64,000 bases of DNA, from the NCBI GenBank assembly GCA_977862235.1, contig OZ374562.1, positions 62,001 through 126,000 of the forward strand, given 5' to 3'. Both the position numbers and the translations under genes were made by a program. The notes beneath the pieces are model-generated. The model searched no databases. It was not told the origin of the DNA and worked only from the letters and a program-made list of their open reading frames with translations. Below are positions 42,874 to 55,652 of this stretch, piece by piece. Positions within the stretch are counted from its first letter, which is position 1. The number at the start of each line of letters is the position of its first letter. This stretch comes from Dudresnaya verticillata. Taxonomy: Eukaryota.

Positions 42874-45800
42874 ATGGCTGGAGTGATACCCCACCTTCAG
42901 TCCATGTTCAAGTCTCTATCTGGTTCACAGAGTAAAGAGCAGCAAGAAGATGAAATCCAATATACAGGATACAAATTGGTCACGGCTGCTGACCTTCCTT
43001 ACGATGAAGACTTGCCAAAGAATACGCGGCTTGGGAAAAGGGAAATCAATCCCGCTTTTCTGCAGGACAAGGGGAAGACGTCCAAGAGCCTCCTTCTTTC
43101 CATCATTCTGTTCACAATTTCATTCATTGCGATGCTAGTGTGGCAGATACTCATCGCAGAATGCAAGGTTGACACACTTTGCGAAACCATTGATGACAGC
43201 TCAAGAGCCACAAGTAGTTATCTTTTTAAGACATTATTGTTTAGAGTGCCCTCCGCGGTCGTTTGGTCAGGCCTTCCAGCAGGCTCACTAGGACTGCTTT
43301 TTGCCCTAACGTACTCCTTTCTCTTGCTGCGCAAAGATGTTGGCCCGGCCAAGGCTGTCGAGATGGCCACGATATTGCGAAAAGGATCAAGCGCTCTCCT
43401 CTCACAGCAGTACGTCGTAATGGTCGGTCCCATCCTTATAGCTCTTATTGTTCTCGGAGTAACTATCAACTGGAACACGGCTGGCTGTTTTGCGCTGGGG
43501 GCCCTAATCTGCATCAATGCGAGTCAAGTCGGGGTTTCGATTCTCACAAGAGGCAACACAAGAACGTCTGGAGCAGCACAGAACGGGCTTCGAGAATCAT
43601 TCCGTCTTGCCTTGCGGACTGGTTCTGTAGTATGTGTATCGGTTATAGGAATGGCTGTATTAGGCTTGTCCGGCACGTATTTGATGTTTACAGATATTCG
43701 AGCTTTATCGGGCTTGGCTGCAGGAGCATCGTCGGTTGCATTGCTCGTGCGAATGTCTTCTGCTATTTTTAATCGAGCTGCCAGTGATACACTGGACATG
43801 TTGCAAGTTCGTGAGCATAGCGATATAGTCTCTGACGCAAGAGATAACCCGAACGTTGCTGTTTGTGTGGGGTCCGGAGTCGGCAAGGTCTCCGGTCTCG
43901 GATCTGATATGTTTTCCTCGGTCATTATTGCTGTTACTGCAACAGCAATCCTCGGGTCGAGTTTACCATTCTACTACCGGGACAAATTTGCCCTTTGTGT
44001 ATTCAACCACCTTGGTATTGACCAAGCATGTGGACCATTCGGATACCCTGAGAAGCTTTCATACGCCACGTACATTTGCAGCAATGACAATTTCTATTTG
44101 CAATATCCTACCTTGAAGACATGGGGATCCAACAGTGCATTTGTCGCGCTTCCTTTCGCCCTAGCGAGTGTGGGCCTCCTGGTTTCAGTAGTTGCGACAC
44201 TATACTTCCACTCTGCCAAAGCATCAGCGACAACTCTTCGCAATGTGAGCGATGTTTCTGCTACAGTGCGGAGATTAGCCCGCAGTATCGCCCTGAATGT
44301 TGGTGTGGGGTACTTCCTTATATTGGTCGGAGCAGCGGCGGTATGCTTCGGTATCTTTGGTAGCAGTTCAGAGTTTCAGCAGTATGATGGCTTTGGCAAC
44401 GGAAACGGTTTGGCGAAAATGGAGCTTGACGGTTCTTCCACCCAGTGTGTATCAAAGTTCTTGGACGGTAATGTGAACTCTGGACTAACACCATTTCCCG
44501 TTCCCCAGGGAGGAAGTATCAAGGCTACCGACTACACACCAGTCACGATATCTGGAACGGCTTTGGGGAAGGCTAGATATACTCCCTGGCGGCTTTTTCT
44601 CTGTACAGTAATTGGCATTGCACTGTCGTTCATCCTGATCGTCTTTAACGTGTCGATATTTAGAGCTGACCTCAAAGGACCTGTGAAGCGACTTTATAGG
44701 GCTGTTCAGTGCAGTCCCTCAACTGGAATTGTTCACAGTATAGCGTCCGGCTTGCTGTACTCTGCTATTCCTAGCTTGTGCATCGCGACTTCCATTGTGC
44801 TGTCTCACAAGCTCTACGGTCCATATGGAATTGGACTTGGAGCAGTGGCATTTCTATCCTCAGGCGGCTTTTTGTTGTCGTGTTCTGCAATGGGCTATGT
44901 GGCTACTAGTGCAAATGATGTTGCATGGGCATCCAACCTTTCAGAGGTGACTCGAACTAACACTGGTATACTTGGCATCTTCGGAAGCGTAGTCAATGCT
45001 GCCGCTACAGAAGTTGCTAACGCTGGGTCTGCTTTGAGTGTGACTGCCATGCTCTTCGTCATAGCTGAACAGTCCGGAATCATTCCATCGCCAAGAAACC
45101 TCATTGGTTCGAAGGAAGTGCCACCAGTTCGACTTATCGACAGCGTGTATCCAGTGTCGTTTTCAGACCCCTTTGTGCTTGTTAGTGTTATCCTGGGGGC
45201 ATCTATGCCGTTCGTGATTGCAGGGCTATTGATATTGGGATCGAACAGAGCAACGGAATGTGTTTTCTGGGAATGCTGTCGACAAAAGGTGTCGTCACGC
45301 GCACGCAGAAAGCAGAACTATGCGCAATTTTTCTCAAGGGTGTCACGGACGGCGTTGATGGAAAGCGCGGTGCCAATGTGGATATCGATCATGATACCTC
45401 TCGCGATTGGGTTTGGATTTGGGCAGGCAGCTCTAGTGGGTCTACTTGCTGCAGTCGTAGCCTCTGGCTTCATCCTCGGGACAATGCTGACAATAACAAG
45501 TGGGTTTTGGTCTGCGGTAGCTCAGCACTTGGCATCAATCCTCATTGTGCAGCCCCTTTCCGGAGGTAAGCGGGGAAGGTTGTCAAGCCAAATCACTGAT
45601 TTTTGGGAAACAGCTGGGCCTTCGTTGCAAGTGGTCACAAAGGCTGCTACATCGATAAGCTTGGTGATGGTGACTTTAATGCAGAAAGATCGCAGCCGAG
45701 GATGGATTGGCGGGGTAATTGTGGTTGCAACAATCGTAACACTGGGGCTTTTTGTGGTGGCAAAGCGATATAGGGCCTCATTAATTAAGTCCGGAGTGGA

Positions 45801-46098
45801 GAAAGAAGACATTACGCAGGCGGGCGCACCTCCGAAGCGGGTCTCGCCGTTCTATGCGGACGGGCATGCTATCGATCCCGTAACGGTACGTCCGGGAAGT
45901 CAGGCGCACGATGCTTTGCAGGCGATTGGAAATCCGGCAGTGCCGATCTCAGCAGATCTTTTGCCGGGACTGTCTGACAGGAGCACCACAAACCTGGGGG
46001 GATGCGTTGAGGGTTTTGTGAGTCCTCGCAGGGCTTTACCGACGTCGCCGGTGGTTTTCCGGGATGAGGTTCGTGACACTACTGGGAACCGAGTATAA
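42874..46098 (+). CDS. Divergent membrane H+-pyrophosphatase-like protein, catalytic motifs lost
   Basis: 1074-aa multi-pass ORF. mPPase landmarks occur in order: GNTRT, GLAAGASSVAL, YGPYGIGLGAV, GASMPF and TAGPSL. Confidence 0.85.
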   Translation: MAGVIPHLQSMFKSLSGSQSKEQQEDEIQYTGYKLVTAADLPYDEDLPKNTRLGKREINPAFLQDKGKTSKSLLLSIILFTISFIAMLVWQILIAECKVDTLCETIDDSSRATSSYLFKTLLFRVPSAVVWSGLPAGSLGLLFALTYSFLLLRKDVGPAKAVEMATILRKGSSALLSQQYVVMVGPILIALIVLGVTINWNTAGCFALGALICINASQVGVSILTRGNTRTSGAAQNGLRESFRLALRTGSVVCVSVIGMAVLGLSGTYLMFTDIRALSGLAAGASSVALLVRMSSAIFNRAASDTLDMLQVREHSDIVSDARDNPNVAVCVGSGVGKVSGLGSDMFSSVIIAVTATAILGSSLPFYYRDKFALCVFNHLGIDQACGPFGYPEKLSYATYICSNDNFYLQYPTLKTWGSNSAFVALPFALASVGLLVSVVATLYFHSAKASATTLRNVSDVSATVRRLARSIALNVGVGYFLILVGAAAVCFGIFGSSSEFQQYDGFGNGNGLAKMELDGSSTQCVSKFLDGNVNSGLTPFPVPQGGSIKATDYTPVTISGTALGKARYTPWRLFLCTVIGIALSFILIVFNVSIFRADLKGPVKRLYRAVQCSPSTGIVHSIASGLLYSAIPSLCIATSIVLSHKLYGPYGIGLGAVAFLSSGGFLLSCSAMGYVATSANDVAWASNLSEVTRTNTGILGIFGSVVNAAATEVANAGSALSVTAMLFVIAEQSGIIPSPRNLIGSKEVPPVRLIDSVYPVSFSDPFVLVSVILGASMPFVIAGLLILGSNRATECVFWECCRQKVSSRARRKQNYAQFFSRVSRTALMESAVPMWISIMIPLAIGFGFGQAALVGLLAAVVASGFILGTMLTITSGFWSAVAQHLASILIVQPLSGGKRGRLSSQITDFWETAGPSLQVVTKAATSISLVMVTLMQKDRSRGWIGGVIVVATIVTLGLFVVAKRYRASLIKSGVEKEDITQAGAPPKRVSPFYADGHAIDPVTVRPGSQAHDALQAIGNPAVPISADLLPGLSDRSTTNLGGCVEGFVSPRRALPTSPVVFRDEVRDTTGNRV

Positions 46099-47519
46099 TC
46101 GTGGCATCCGAGGAGACGGAAATTCGGATTATGTCGATAAACTTGTCTCGCGGGAGAAAGCCTTTGGTCCAGCGGGGAGAGGGTATGCAGAGCTTACTGG
46201 TTATAATCAGAAGCATTACAAAAAGAATAAAGAAAAAAAAGCTCGAAAAACAGCGGCTATTTGGCAAAGTGCCGTGCTTCGGTCAACCTTATTCTATTCT
46301 TTAATCCCACGTCTTCCAGTCTCCCTCCTACAATATAATACCTCTTCTCCTGCGGTTGCTGCGCCGTGGGAACCTTCTGTTTCTTGTCCACTGAGGAAGC
46401 TGTATATGGTTGCGAACAGACCCGACTAATGTCGTGGAGAGCGGCAGTTCGTTCCTCTGTTCAGGCAGTGGAGCGTTGAGTTTACTGTTGTACCATCTGC
46501 AACAATCCTGCGATGCTTCTTCCCTTGGACAACGAATAGCCAAATGGCATCGCTTGGGATATTCGCAGAGACTGAACGGCCCAACACACCCGTCCGAGAG
46601 GGCTCTGAGGTAATAAATGATACCTGAAAAGTCAATTCCTTATCTGATAATCTCACGTGCGACCAGTGCCTTTCTTGTGGCTGTGACTCGGTCTTCGTTC
46701 GTGTACGTTTAGAGATAGAACGATCTTGTCCAAGTATGGCACTCGGCAGACGAGATATTCACGTTTCGCCAAAGCGCGAGTGGCCGCAGAAAAGATTGGA
46801 CGGGCTTTACTAAAACTACCGCACTCTCTTTTCCAGATCTTGCTGATTCGACCGCATTTCTTCTGTAGAGGTAAAACCCCTTCATATTAGATATGATGAA
46901 TGGAATTGGTGGAAAACCATGAGCGCATGGTGAGCAGTGAGGCGACCGCCGAGCTCAAACATTGGATATCCATGATACACGCAGATGCAGAAGTTGGGCT
47001 ATTCACTGCAAATGCAATTCAGAGCTGAGAGGGCTGCAACTCACGTGCACCCACTGTCGCGGACCATGGGTAGTGGCCGCTTCGAAAGTGGAACTTTACA
47101 CAGTACAGGAGAAAACGAACCTAAGGCGGCTCAAACCGCGAAAGCCTGGAGCTGCGACCAAGGAATGGTGTAAATAGATAGGTACACAGACCATTACAGG
47201 GCTAGCCTGGGGACTATTTTGCGAGTCGCAAAGCGGCAGGCCTCCGGAAAAGCATGAGGCCACTTTCCGCCAGTATTCACAACTACCCAGTCTCCAGCGC
47301 ACACCCCGGCAGCAAGAACGGCATGCCAATGATTGCATCATGAGCTCGGCAGCGAGTAGGAATATACAAAAAGAAAAAAAGGAACGCGACGGCGTTTGTG
47401 CTCACGCAGCAAGCGTGAGAAAAAAAGCAAAGTCGGAAAAGCGCCAAGCGCTTGGCTATTCACACAGGGGGGTGGGAGAGTGAGGGACAGGCAACGCCAG
47501 CCGTAGCAACAGCGAGGTG

Positions 47520-48047
47520 CTATTCACATAGCAGGTCCGAATCATTTGCAGAGTCCATGGTAGGGCAATGGGCCGAGGCCAGAGCAGCGGCTGCCTGGTC
47601 GTCATGGGGATCGACCAGACCGAGTGCGTTGACAATCTTCTGCAAGTTGACAACCTTGTTGCGCAGGGCATCGACGCGTGCCTTGAGCGCGGCGTTGCGT
47701 CGTTCGACCTGGTGCGCGTTTTCCAGGTCGCGCTGCGTCTCAGCCTTCTTCCGCAGGCGGCTGCGTCTGGCACTGGACCGATTCCGCGCAGCCCTAGCGC
47801 GGCGGATCTCAGCGCGAGAGCGGGCCTGTGCGTCTGCGGTGGACATGTCCTGCGCGGGTGGTGCATTGGAGGACGGGTGCGGGGCGGGGTGCGGAGGCGG
47901 GCGTGCCGAGGTGGCGGACGGGCGCGGCGGCTTGGGGACGCGCGGGGCGGAAGCGGAAGATGCGGGCGGGTCGGAGGCGGCTGCGTAGCGCGGGTAGGCG
48001 AAGAGCGGGGCCGGGGAGGGCGGGAGGAGGAGGTCGAAGTCGACCAT
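47520..48047 (-). CDS. bZIP transcription factor
   Basis: ATG at 48047. Basic region RRARAARNRSSARRSRLRKK, followed by an L/V heptad zipper. Confidence 0.88.
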   Translation of the reverse strand: MVDFDLLLPPSPAPLFAYPRYAAASDPPASSASAPRVPKPPRPSATSARPPPHPAPHPSSNAPPAQDMSTADAQARSRAEIRRARAARNRSSARRSRLRKKAETQRDLENAHQVERRNAALKARVDALRNKVVNLQKIVNALGLVDPHDDQAAAALASAHCPTMDSANDSDLLCE

Positions 48048-49112
48048 GGTTGAGTTGGGGCTGTCGGCGGCGGGCGGGAGCGGGACTCGAGGTTGGTGCG
48101 GGGCGGGTGCGTGATGCAGCGGGTGCATGGTGCGCGCGGCGGGGGAGGGGGTTGGTACGGGCGGGGGGTCGGAGAGGCGAGGGGGAGGGGGGCGGCGGGG
48201 TGGAAGCGCGGCGGTGACGGGCGGGTTATGTGGGCGGGCGCTTCGGGCGGCGAACAGCGGGGGAGAAGATCGGCGGGGGCGGCGCGGGGGCGGCGCGTGC
48301 GCGCGGAGGAGGCGAACGGGGCGACGCGCCGTGCGCGCGCCGTGGGGAACGCGTTGCGCATTACACCGCGAGGGGCGTCATACGTGGCCCCTGCGCGCGT
48401 TTCCATTACAGCGCGGCGCAGACGGGTTTCTGCGCGTCTCTCGCGAGAGGCGCCCGCCCCGGAATTCAACGCTCAACGCTACGCACAGACAGACTCAACT
48501 CGCAGATCACGGGCGGCGCGCACCGTCAGTCACTGCCTTCTGCCGCCGCTGCCCGCGTTCGCAGGACGTGCCCGCGCTGTCATTGCCACCTTCACACGCG
48601 CGCAGCTCGCGTTTGCTTACCTTGTTGTGTCATGCGCCGCCTTTTGCAACTCTCAGCGCCGGCAGACAAAGGCACCCATGTCCTTGATCTTGGCTTTCGC
48701 CCGGCGCGCACCCACTGACCACATCACCGCCAGATACACCCCCAGCCTCACCACGCGGCAGCCGTGTGTCGAAACACCTCATCGAACGCCTGTATCTGTG
48801 TGTGCCTCCCGAGGAGGCCAGCTCCATGCCTGGCATGGCCCCTCTTGAATCCTATGTGGCCGCTCGCTCACCAACAGCAATAACGCCCTTGTACGGTATC
48901 TATCGGCAGCAAGATAGCGCCCACAAACGCTGTCGATACCCCGCGCAAACGGCTTGCGCTTGTTGTGACATCACAAGCACAGCCGGACATGGACACATCG
49001 GAAAGGACTCGCAACGCGCCTGTGACACAACGCCCGGCTGCATCCACGACCAAATTGTCCAACCTTCGCCGGCTACGGCTACTGTGTCGCCCGGCTGTCG
49101 CACACACTCGAG

Positions 49113-49114
<2 letters not shown>

Positions 49115-49171
<57 letters not shown>

Positions 49172-49185
49172 GTGCGTGCGTGTGC
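49115..49185. repeat. (TG)n microsatellite
   Basis: Directly visible. A shorter (CA)n lies at about 49786-49808. Confidence 0.95.
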
Positions 49186-50609
49186 GCTCGCGCGCCGCTG
49201 CCGCGCCGTCGGTCCACAACGCACAAGGCCAGTCAATCGAGCAACGCACACAAGTTCCGTGCAACACAAAAAGGCGTGTCGACTCCGCATTATACCGTAT
49301 ATTTGATATACTGCCCCTCTGTGTACTGTTCGAACAGTACTTGTGCACGCGTGCGCATTGTATCGCCGCCGGTTTACACCGCGCCCAAATCAAAGACCCC
49401 CCAGCGATCCCTCCACCCGCCAAATTCACTGGCCCACTGAACAACAACCGCGCGCCCTTCTGCCCGTCTGTCCGTCTGCCCGTTCCGCACGACCGCCGCG
49501 TCCCGATCCGATCTCGCGCAATAAATCCCAAAACCCCGACAGCCTGGCCCGGCCCAATCCCCGCGCGCACTTGCACTACCACCCACAAAAGCCCTCCCTC
49601 TGACGCTGCGCGTCTCCCCACACTCCGCCTCCCTCTCCCGTCCAGCCTTTGGTCCAGCACAATACCCCCGCCCACTCCACACCCTTGCCTAACCCTGCCT
49701 GCCTCCGGCTCTGTCCCCCGGCCGCCAACGAACACACAACCCTCCCCTCACCACCAACACCCACCCAAGACCCCGAACATCACGCACACACACACACACA
49801 CACACACACCAACTCCAAGTTGCAAGTACTGTACTGTACTGTACCCCGATACTAGCACGCCTCCCTCCCCGGCCTGCTGCCCGCCTCGCTGCCCCCTTCT
49901 GACAACAAGGCCTGTTTGCGCGTCGCTGCTGCCGCGCCACCCAGACCACCCTCGTCGCCCACCACGTTTACCGCTTCGTTGCTGCTCCCGCTGCCCTAAC
50001 CGTCTTAAGCCCACCCGTTGCGAGCCGTTCGCACCCCCGCCTGCAAACTTTTGCCGACGCCCGTTGTCCATTGCTTCCGCCGCGAACAATGCTCTCTTCT
50101 TCGCTCCCACACACCCACCCAACTACTGTGCTGTTAGTGCCTTCCATAACACAGAATCACATACCGTAAGGTATCCGCCAACGTCCCAAACACTGCCGTA
50201 CCACCTTGCTGCCGTCTCGTTGTTGCTCGCCTCACCAACCGCTATCCAATCCATTTTCCTCTCAACGTCACAAAGTCACGTCAACGAAGGGCATAGCCCC
50301 GCCATCCTGCAACACCGCTTCCATCTCCACTGCTTCCTGATCTTATGCTTCGCACTGCGCTCACCATTCGCAATGATCCTTACGCAATCCCTGCTAGTCC
50401 AGTGCCCTTTCCCTTTCGTTAGCAACTTCCACTCGGAGCGAGTGGAGTTGCTTCAAACCCAGAGACGGGTAATCCAGCTCACCAACTTCGACGTCCGCAA
50501 CATGCCCCCGTATACCGGTAACACTATATGACCTCTGACCGTTTGCGCGATAATATTCTAGTCACCCGACAACCCTTGCTATTGACAGTCAACACATAAC
50601 GCCAGCTAG

Positions 50610-50612
<3 letters not shown>

Positions 50613-50645
<33 letters not shown>
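50613..50645. repeat. Poly-C tract (33 nt)
   Basis: Directly visible. Confidence 0.9.
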
Positions 50646-50646
<1 letters not shown>

Positions 50647-53497
50647 CATTTTGGCTAAACCATCACCAAGGATCTCTTTCATGTGCCCTCTTTCTCTCTC
50701 GACCTTGCTGCCGACGGCGGTGACTCCGTGATCAAACGTCCCCCGACAATGGCAAAAAGCCTCCCCTCATGTCCCACTTTGGAGCAACTCAGCTCGCGTG
50801 GTCTCGAGGTGTGGATCGCCCGCCCCACCACATCCTGCTAACAGGGGTAGCCTCATCGCTCTCGAGTCAGACAGCGTGTTGCTACGCTGCAGAACTGCTA
50901 CAAAATGCGACGAGCCCGCTCACCATGGCAGGGAATGGACGCACATACTCGATCGTTGGCTAAAGCAACGAGCAATTGCCTCCGGCTCATGCAAAAAAGG
51001 CTTCGAAATCATGTCATGTTTGCCAATTTCTCATGAAGCAGAACAAAGAGCTGCTGAGATGCAACACGAGCACCCAATTCACATCAAAGTGCTTGAAGCA
51101 TCGCCATGCCTGTCGTCGAGTACCTTTTCTATCGTTTCCGTAACGGCCTGTTCATAACGCCGTTCTGTGATGCAAGAGTATGGACACTGTTGCGTGATAC
51201 TTGAAACATTTGCCCGGAGGAAGAGATGAAGTGCATTCAAAAAGCTCAACGCGAGGCACTCAGTCACCGCCCAATTTGCTCCCCCATCCTCCTCCACCCC
51301 TTTCCATGCTTGACGCAGTACCGTGCAACTGTACAGCAACTCACGCGTGACTCGCAACGTTTCTTCGTCCACTACCCTGCAGCAAAGCGGCGTGTACCTT
51401 TTCACATCTCGATTGCACTTGGCCACAGTGCCTATCCAAGCGTGTATTGCCGCTACTGATTCAAAAGGATACTGGGCAGGGAACCGTTTCACGGAAGCCC
51501 AGCACCTGCCTATCCGTACGCATGATTGTTGCCAATATGCAGGCACTTGCGCGACTCTCGTCTCGTAGTGCAATACGACAGAGTATGCAAAGCGTACGTT
51601 CGATCAAGTTAACGCATCACGGCAGGGGATAGTCGTGAGTGTGCCCTCGACTTCATCCACCACGTTGTTCACCGAATTTCTGCACACATATGATACACGA
51701 AGACCGCACCATTTCGCAGAGACGAAGGCCGCCTTTCTTGCCAAGGGCAAGAAGTGGAATCCTTCGTCGTTGACACGCTAGGTGCTCCTACGAACAAGAG
51801 CAGGCTCTTGCTTACTTGTGGATGGCGAATCATGGCCCATGTCTCCGTGACGTGTCGCGTCTCGAGCTCCTATGCCTCAGCCATCATGTTCTTCCACCTC
51901 TAATGCTCCAGTTCATTGCGCTTCGTTTCTCGTCCAGCAAAACTTCATGGCAGCAGACAGGCCTGAAGAATTCTGACGGCTATCGATGGTGCACAATCGC
52001 GACAAATTTTCCCAAACGCGCTTACGCAAAGAACGAAACGGCAGTTTGCCTGCAGGCTTCCTTCTGTGAGCTTTCCAACACAAACGACAGGCACGAAGAC
52101 TGAGACCACCATCGTTTCATGTACTTTTTTGCAGAGGGTCAGCAACGTATTAAAAACGCTCGGTTCCTCCGGCAGGACCGTTGGTATCGCGTCATTGTTA
52201 AACTAGTGCCGATATCGACAAGCTCCATCCCTGGTGCCGTTATAGATGCATTCCCCGCACCAGTCACAGAAGCTCAGTTTCTTATGCCTCGCTCGGACAT
52301 CATCGCCAGGCATTTGAAAGGTACCGCGAAGCACTCGATATGCTACACACAAAACACTTAGTCCATGGGTAGTCAGCATACGCGGCGTGAGTATTAGGTG
52401 AGCGTTTGAGGTCAAGTTAACGCTCTCGACGTCCGGCAACTTTGCATTCGAGATGGATAACAATAATGTTGAACAACTCGGTTCGAGAGTACAAGCACGA
52501 CGAGAGAGCTGTGCATAGGACCTTGTGGACAGAGCGTGACCAAGAGATCTGGCCAGTAACAGACCTGCTCTTCTTATCTCAGAACAGACGGTAGCGCTTG
52601 AAATCCACTCGAGGTTTTGAGTAGGGTACGCACACATGTGATAGCGCCCCTAAAGTGTGAGGCTTTCGCAGCTATCGAGTCCCATGGCGTCCCGTTACTC
52701 ACGAATTAGTGGCTCAGCGGGTTGCAATTCAGACCGTCTTCGCCGACCTTCCCACAGAGCCGGAAGGGGGCATATCCAATTACACTCGTGACTCGAAAGT
52801 CTTCTTCAAAGCTTTGCCTGAACTGCTGACCAGCCATTCTCGTTGGATCCTTCACCAGAACAACAGCGACTGATGTCTTGGTCTCTGCGACGATGAGAAT
52901 CAAGCATCCACTCGTTGCGTTTCATTCTGTTCCTTTCTCAGTGCTCTGCGGGGAAGACCTAGTCGCGCAGTTGCTGTCTTTCAATTCCAGGGCGTGGACC
53001 TCTCGCAATCGAAAGTAGGCATTCCTCTCAGCGTGTCTAGACAGACCGGCTGCCCAATAAAAGCAGCGACTATGGTCTGGTCTTTGAGAAGAACGGAACA
53101 CAAGAGCTCCGAGTTGACAGACTGCCGGTACATGCACCACAGTTTCGCCCCGCTGGCTGGAGCACGTCATTTCCGCCACTGCTTAATACTTGATAGCGAG
53201 GCGTTGATGAATACGCGTGAAGGACAAACCACCGATACATGGATCTTAAGTGACTCACTGTGATTATGGCAGGTCGACTCTGCGCGAAGCTAGTAGTACT
53301 TCTGGCGCGTCGGCATGACGCATCATTTCATACAATAGCTGGTCGTACTCGTGATAAACGGGGACGGCAAGAGGTCTTGAGTGCGGTGCCATCCTTGCTC
53401 CATTATCGCTGTGCAGGCGAACCCTGTGACCTTAACCGTCCCATTCAATTGCTTGCGAGCAACATGGCAGGATACAGTACCAAGCGAAAGTTGCGTT

Positions 53498-53499
<2 letters not shown>

Positions 53500-53541
<42 letters not shown>
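53500..53541. repeat. Poly-G tract (42 nt)
   Basis: Directly visible. Confidence 0.9.
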
Positions 53542-55652
53542 CGGAGGGGGGGGCCAAACGGCGAGTCGCGATCATAAATTGGCTCTGTGTGATCCGCAGA
53601 AATTACACTGGCAGAGAAAGAAATACCAATAAATCCCTCCCTGGACCTTTCGAGCCCGGCATGAGAGTTGAGCCAAATGGAGTCCGCTTGCTGTGGGACT
53701 CTTCTAACTTCATGCGACAGTCCGGGGAAGATACAGTGCGTTACGTGTGGTAAGAAAGTTCAGATTCTTGAAGAGCCATCCTTTATGCTCAGCCTTAACC
53801 GACTAGAGCGTAGAAAACTACAGTTGCTTCTCATGGGGCGGGCAGTCGCAAGAGAGACTCATTGCACTCAGGGAAAAGCAATTATCTAGAAATGCATTCT
53901 AAATCCTATGAGCTTCGCGAAGCTGTATATAAAAACAAAGCTTCCTTTTTGTCCGCTCCTAAAGTTATGCACAAGAGACGAGATGACGGCCGGTATGGTT
54001 ACCAAGGGTTGGTGACACTGACATGGTGCTTACTCTACCTGTGCTTCACAAGCTGTTGCCACATCTCTAGCCACAACTTTGCGCAGTTTGGTTTTTAGCT
54101 TGCGACAGAATCAGCAGCTGCGGCCTATGCTGCATGATTTTTGAAAAGAACTTCTCTGAATGCTTACCACACAGCAGTCCATGATGAGGCCATCCTGCCA
54201 AAGTGGGAATTAAGTGCAGACATGGTTCCATGTTACCGGGCTCATAATCACTTCCCCAGTTGCCAGTAACATAGGCAAGAGGGTAAATACCGATGGTAGC
54301 TATTCATGACCAACCCATGAATTGATAATGGGCTTGGCGAAGACTGGTATGACACTTCAGTGCATTCAGCGATCTTGAGTCAAAATACATTCTTAACATC
54401 AGTTGACGCGGTCAGGGTCGAGGATGCACTAAATTTGCTGGTCATTCGTGTCCATTCTTAATTACTTCGTTATGCGGTGTTTGGGATGAGACTTCTACTA
54501 GTACGCTTTGGAATACTGCTTCTGCCAGAAGCGAACTAGTCCATGAACTACAGCTCAATTGTTTCTGCATTGCCAATTCTTCTCCTCTTTTCGATTCCGA
54601 TGATGTCAGCCGCAACTTTTCTGTCTGCTTTCCTTCGGATTCAGGAGGTTGACTCAAGCTCAATATGGTTTATAGGTATAACTAGAGGGGTCTCGAGGCA
54701 GCGGAAGGCAATATGTGAGTTAGGGGCTGTTAGGGGCTGTTAAATCGCTTTCCTGTTTCCGAAAATGCTTCCAGTGCCTTGACAGAGACCACCAAAGGTC
54801 TGTCGTTTTCTGAGGAGCGCTTGGAGCTCGGGAATGAACTCAGCTTGGTTGCAAACGCGCAATGGTGGATCAGATAACCGGGAAGAGCTTATTGCTCTTC
54901 GGCAGGATACAAAAGGAGGAATGAAAAGATGATGCAGGATATCCGTCTACTTGCCAACGGAGCTTAGACAGCTTCGAGTTTCCCAAGCTCGTGTTACTGG
55001 CACTGAAACTTTACCGGCTGACTGGTGAGCGAAGTTAAAAGCGCAAGGGGTTAGTCTGGCGAGTAGGCGGCGGGGCTTTCAAGCTGCTGGCTGCGGGCGT
55101 TTGATAGTTAGGCTACTGCACTCTGGATTGCACTACTGATCTGCATGACGAAGAGAGCTTCGAGACCGGAGGCAGACAGGGGCGGAGGGAGATTAAGGCT
55201 TGAGCACTTAATCCTTAATTGAGGGCTCAGGAGCCTGTGAAAGTCAACTTAAGGATCCACCGAAGTGGATTGCGAGGAGCTATCTTAATCACGATCTGCG
55301 TTCTGTAATGCACAAATATCTTTTTGCAAAACAATTGGTTGAATGCCGAAAAGCTACCAATCAATTCTCATTGCGTACAGCTGGCGTACTTCGCTTCCCC
55401 GCAGCTGAAGACGGTGGTTCATCTTTGGAGAGGCGCGTCTGAGCAGCGAATCTCTAGATTCGGCCCCCGTGGGCCTAACTTTCCATGGGACCCAACCCAA
55501 CTCCGCCTGTGTCTCGATCCTTTCCTGCGATCCCTGCGCGGGTGGCACCACCGCCGCACCGTCGATTAAGAATTGCCGACTAATCCCTGGCAGTTTCATC
55601 ATCCTCCTTGTTCACTCCAAACCTACTCCCCGATCCGGCACTACTCCCCGCC

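Noticed and set aside
49116..50531. 471-aa Pro-rich ORF
   Set aside because: It starts in a (TG)n tract and runs through (CA)n and C-skewed DNA, with no recognisable domain.
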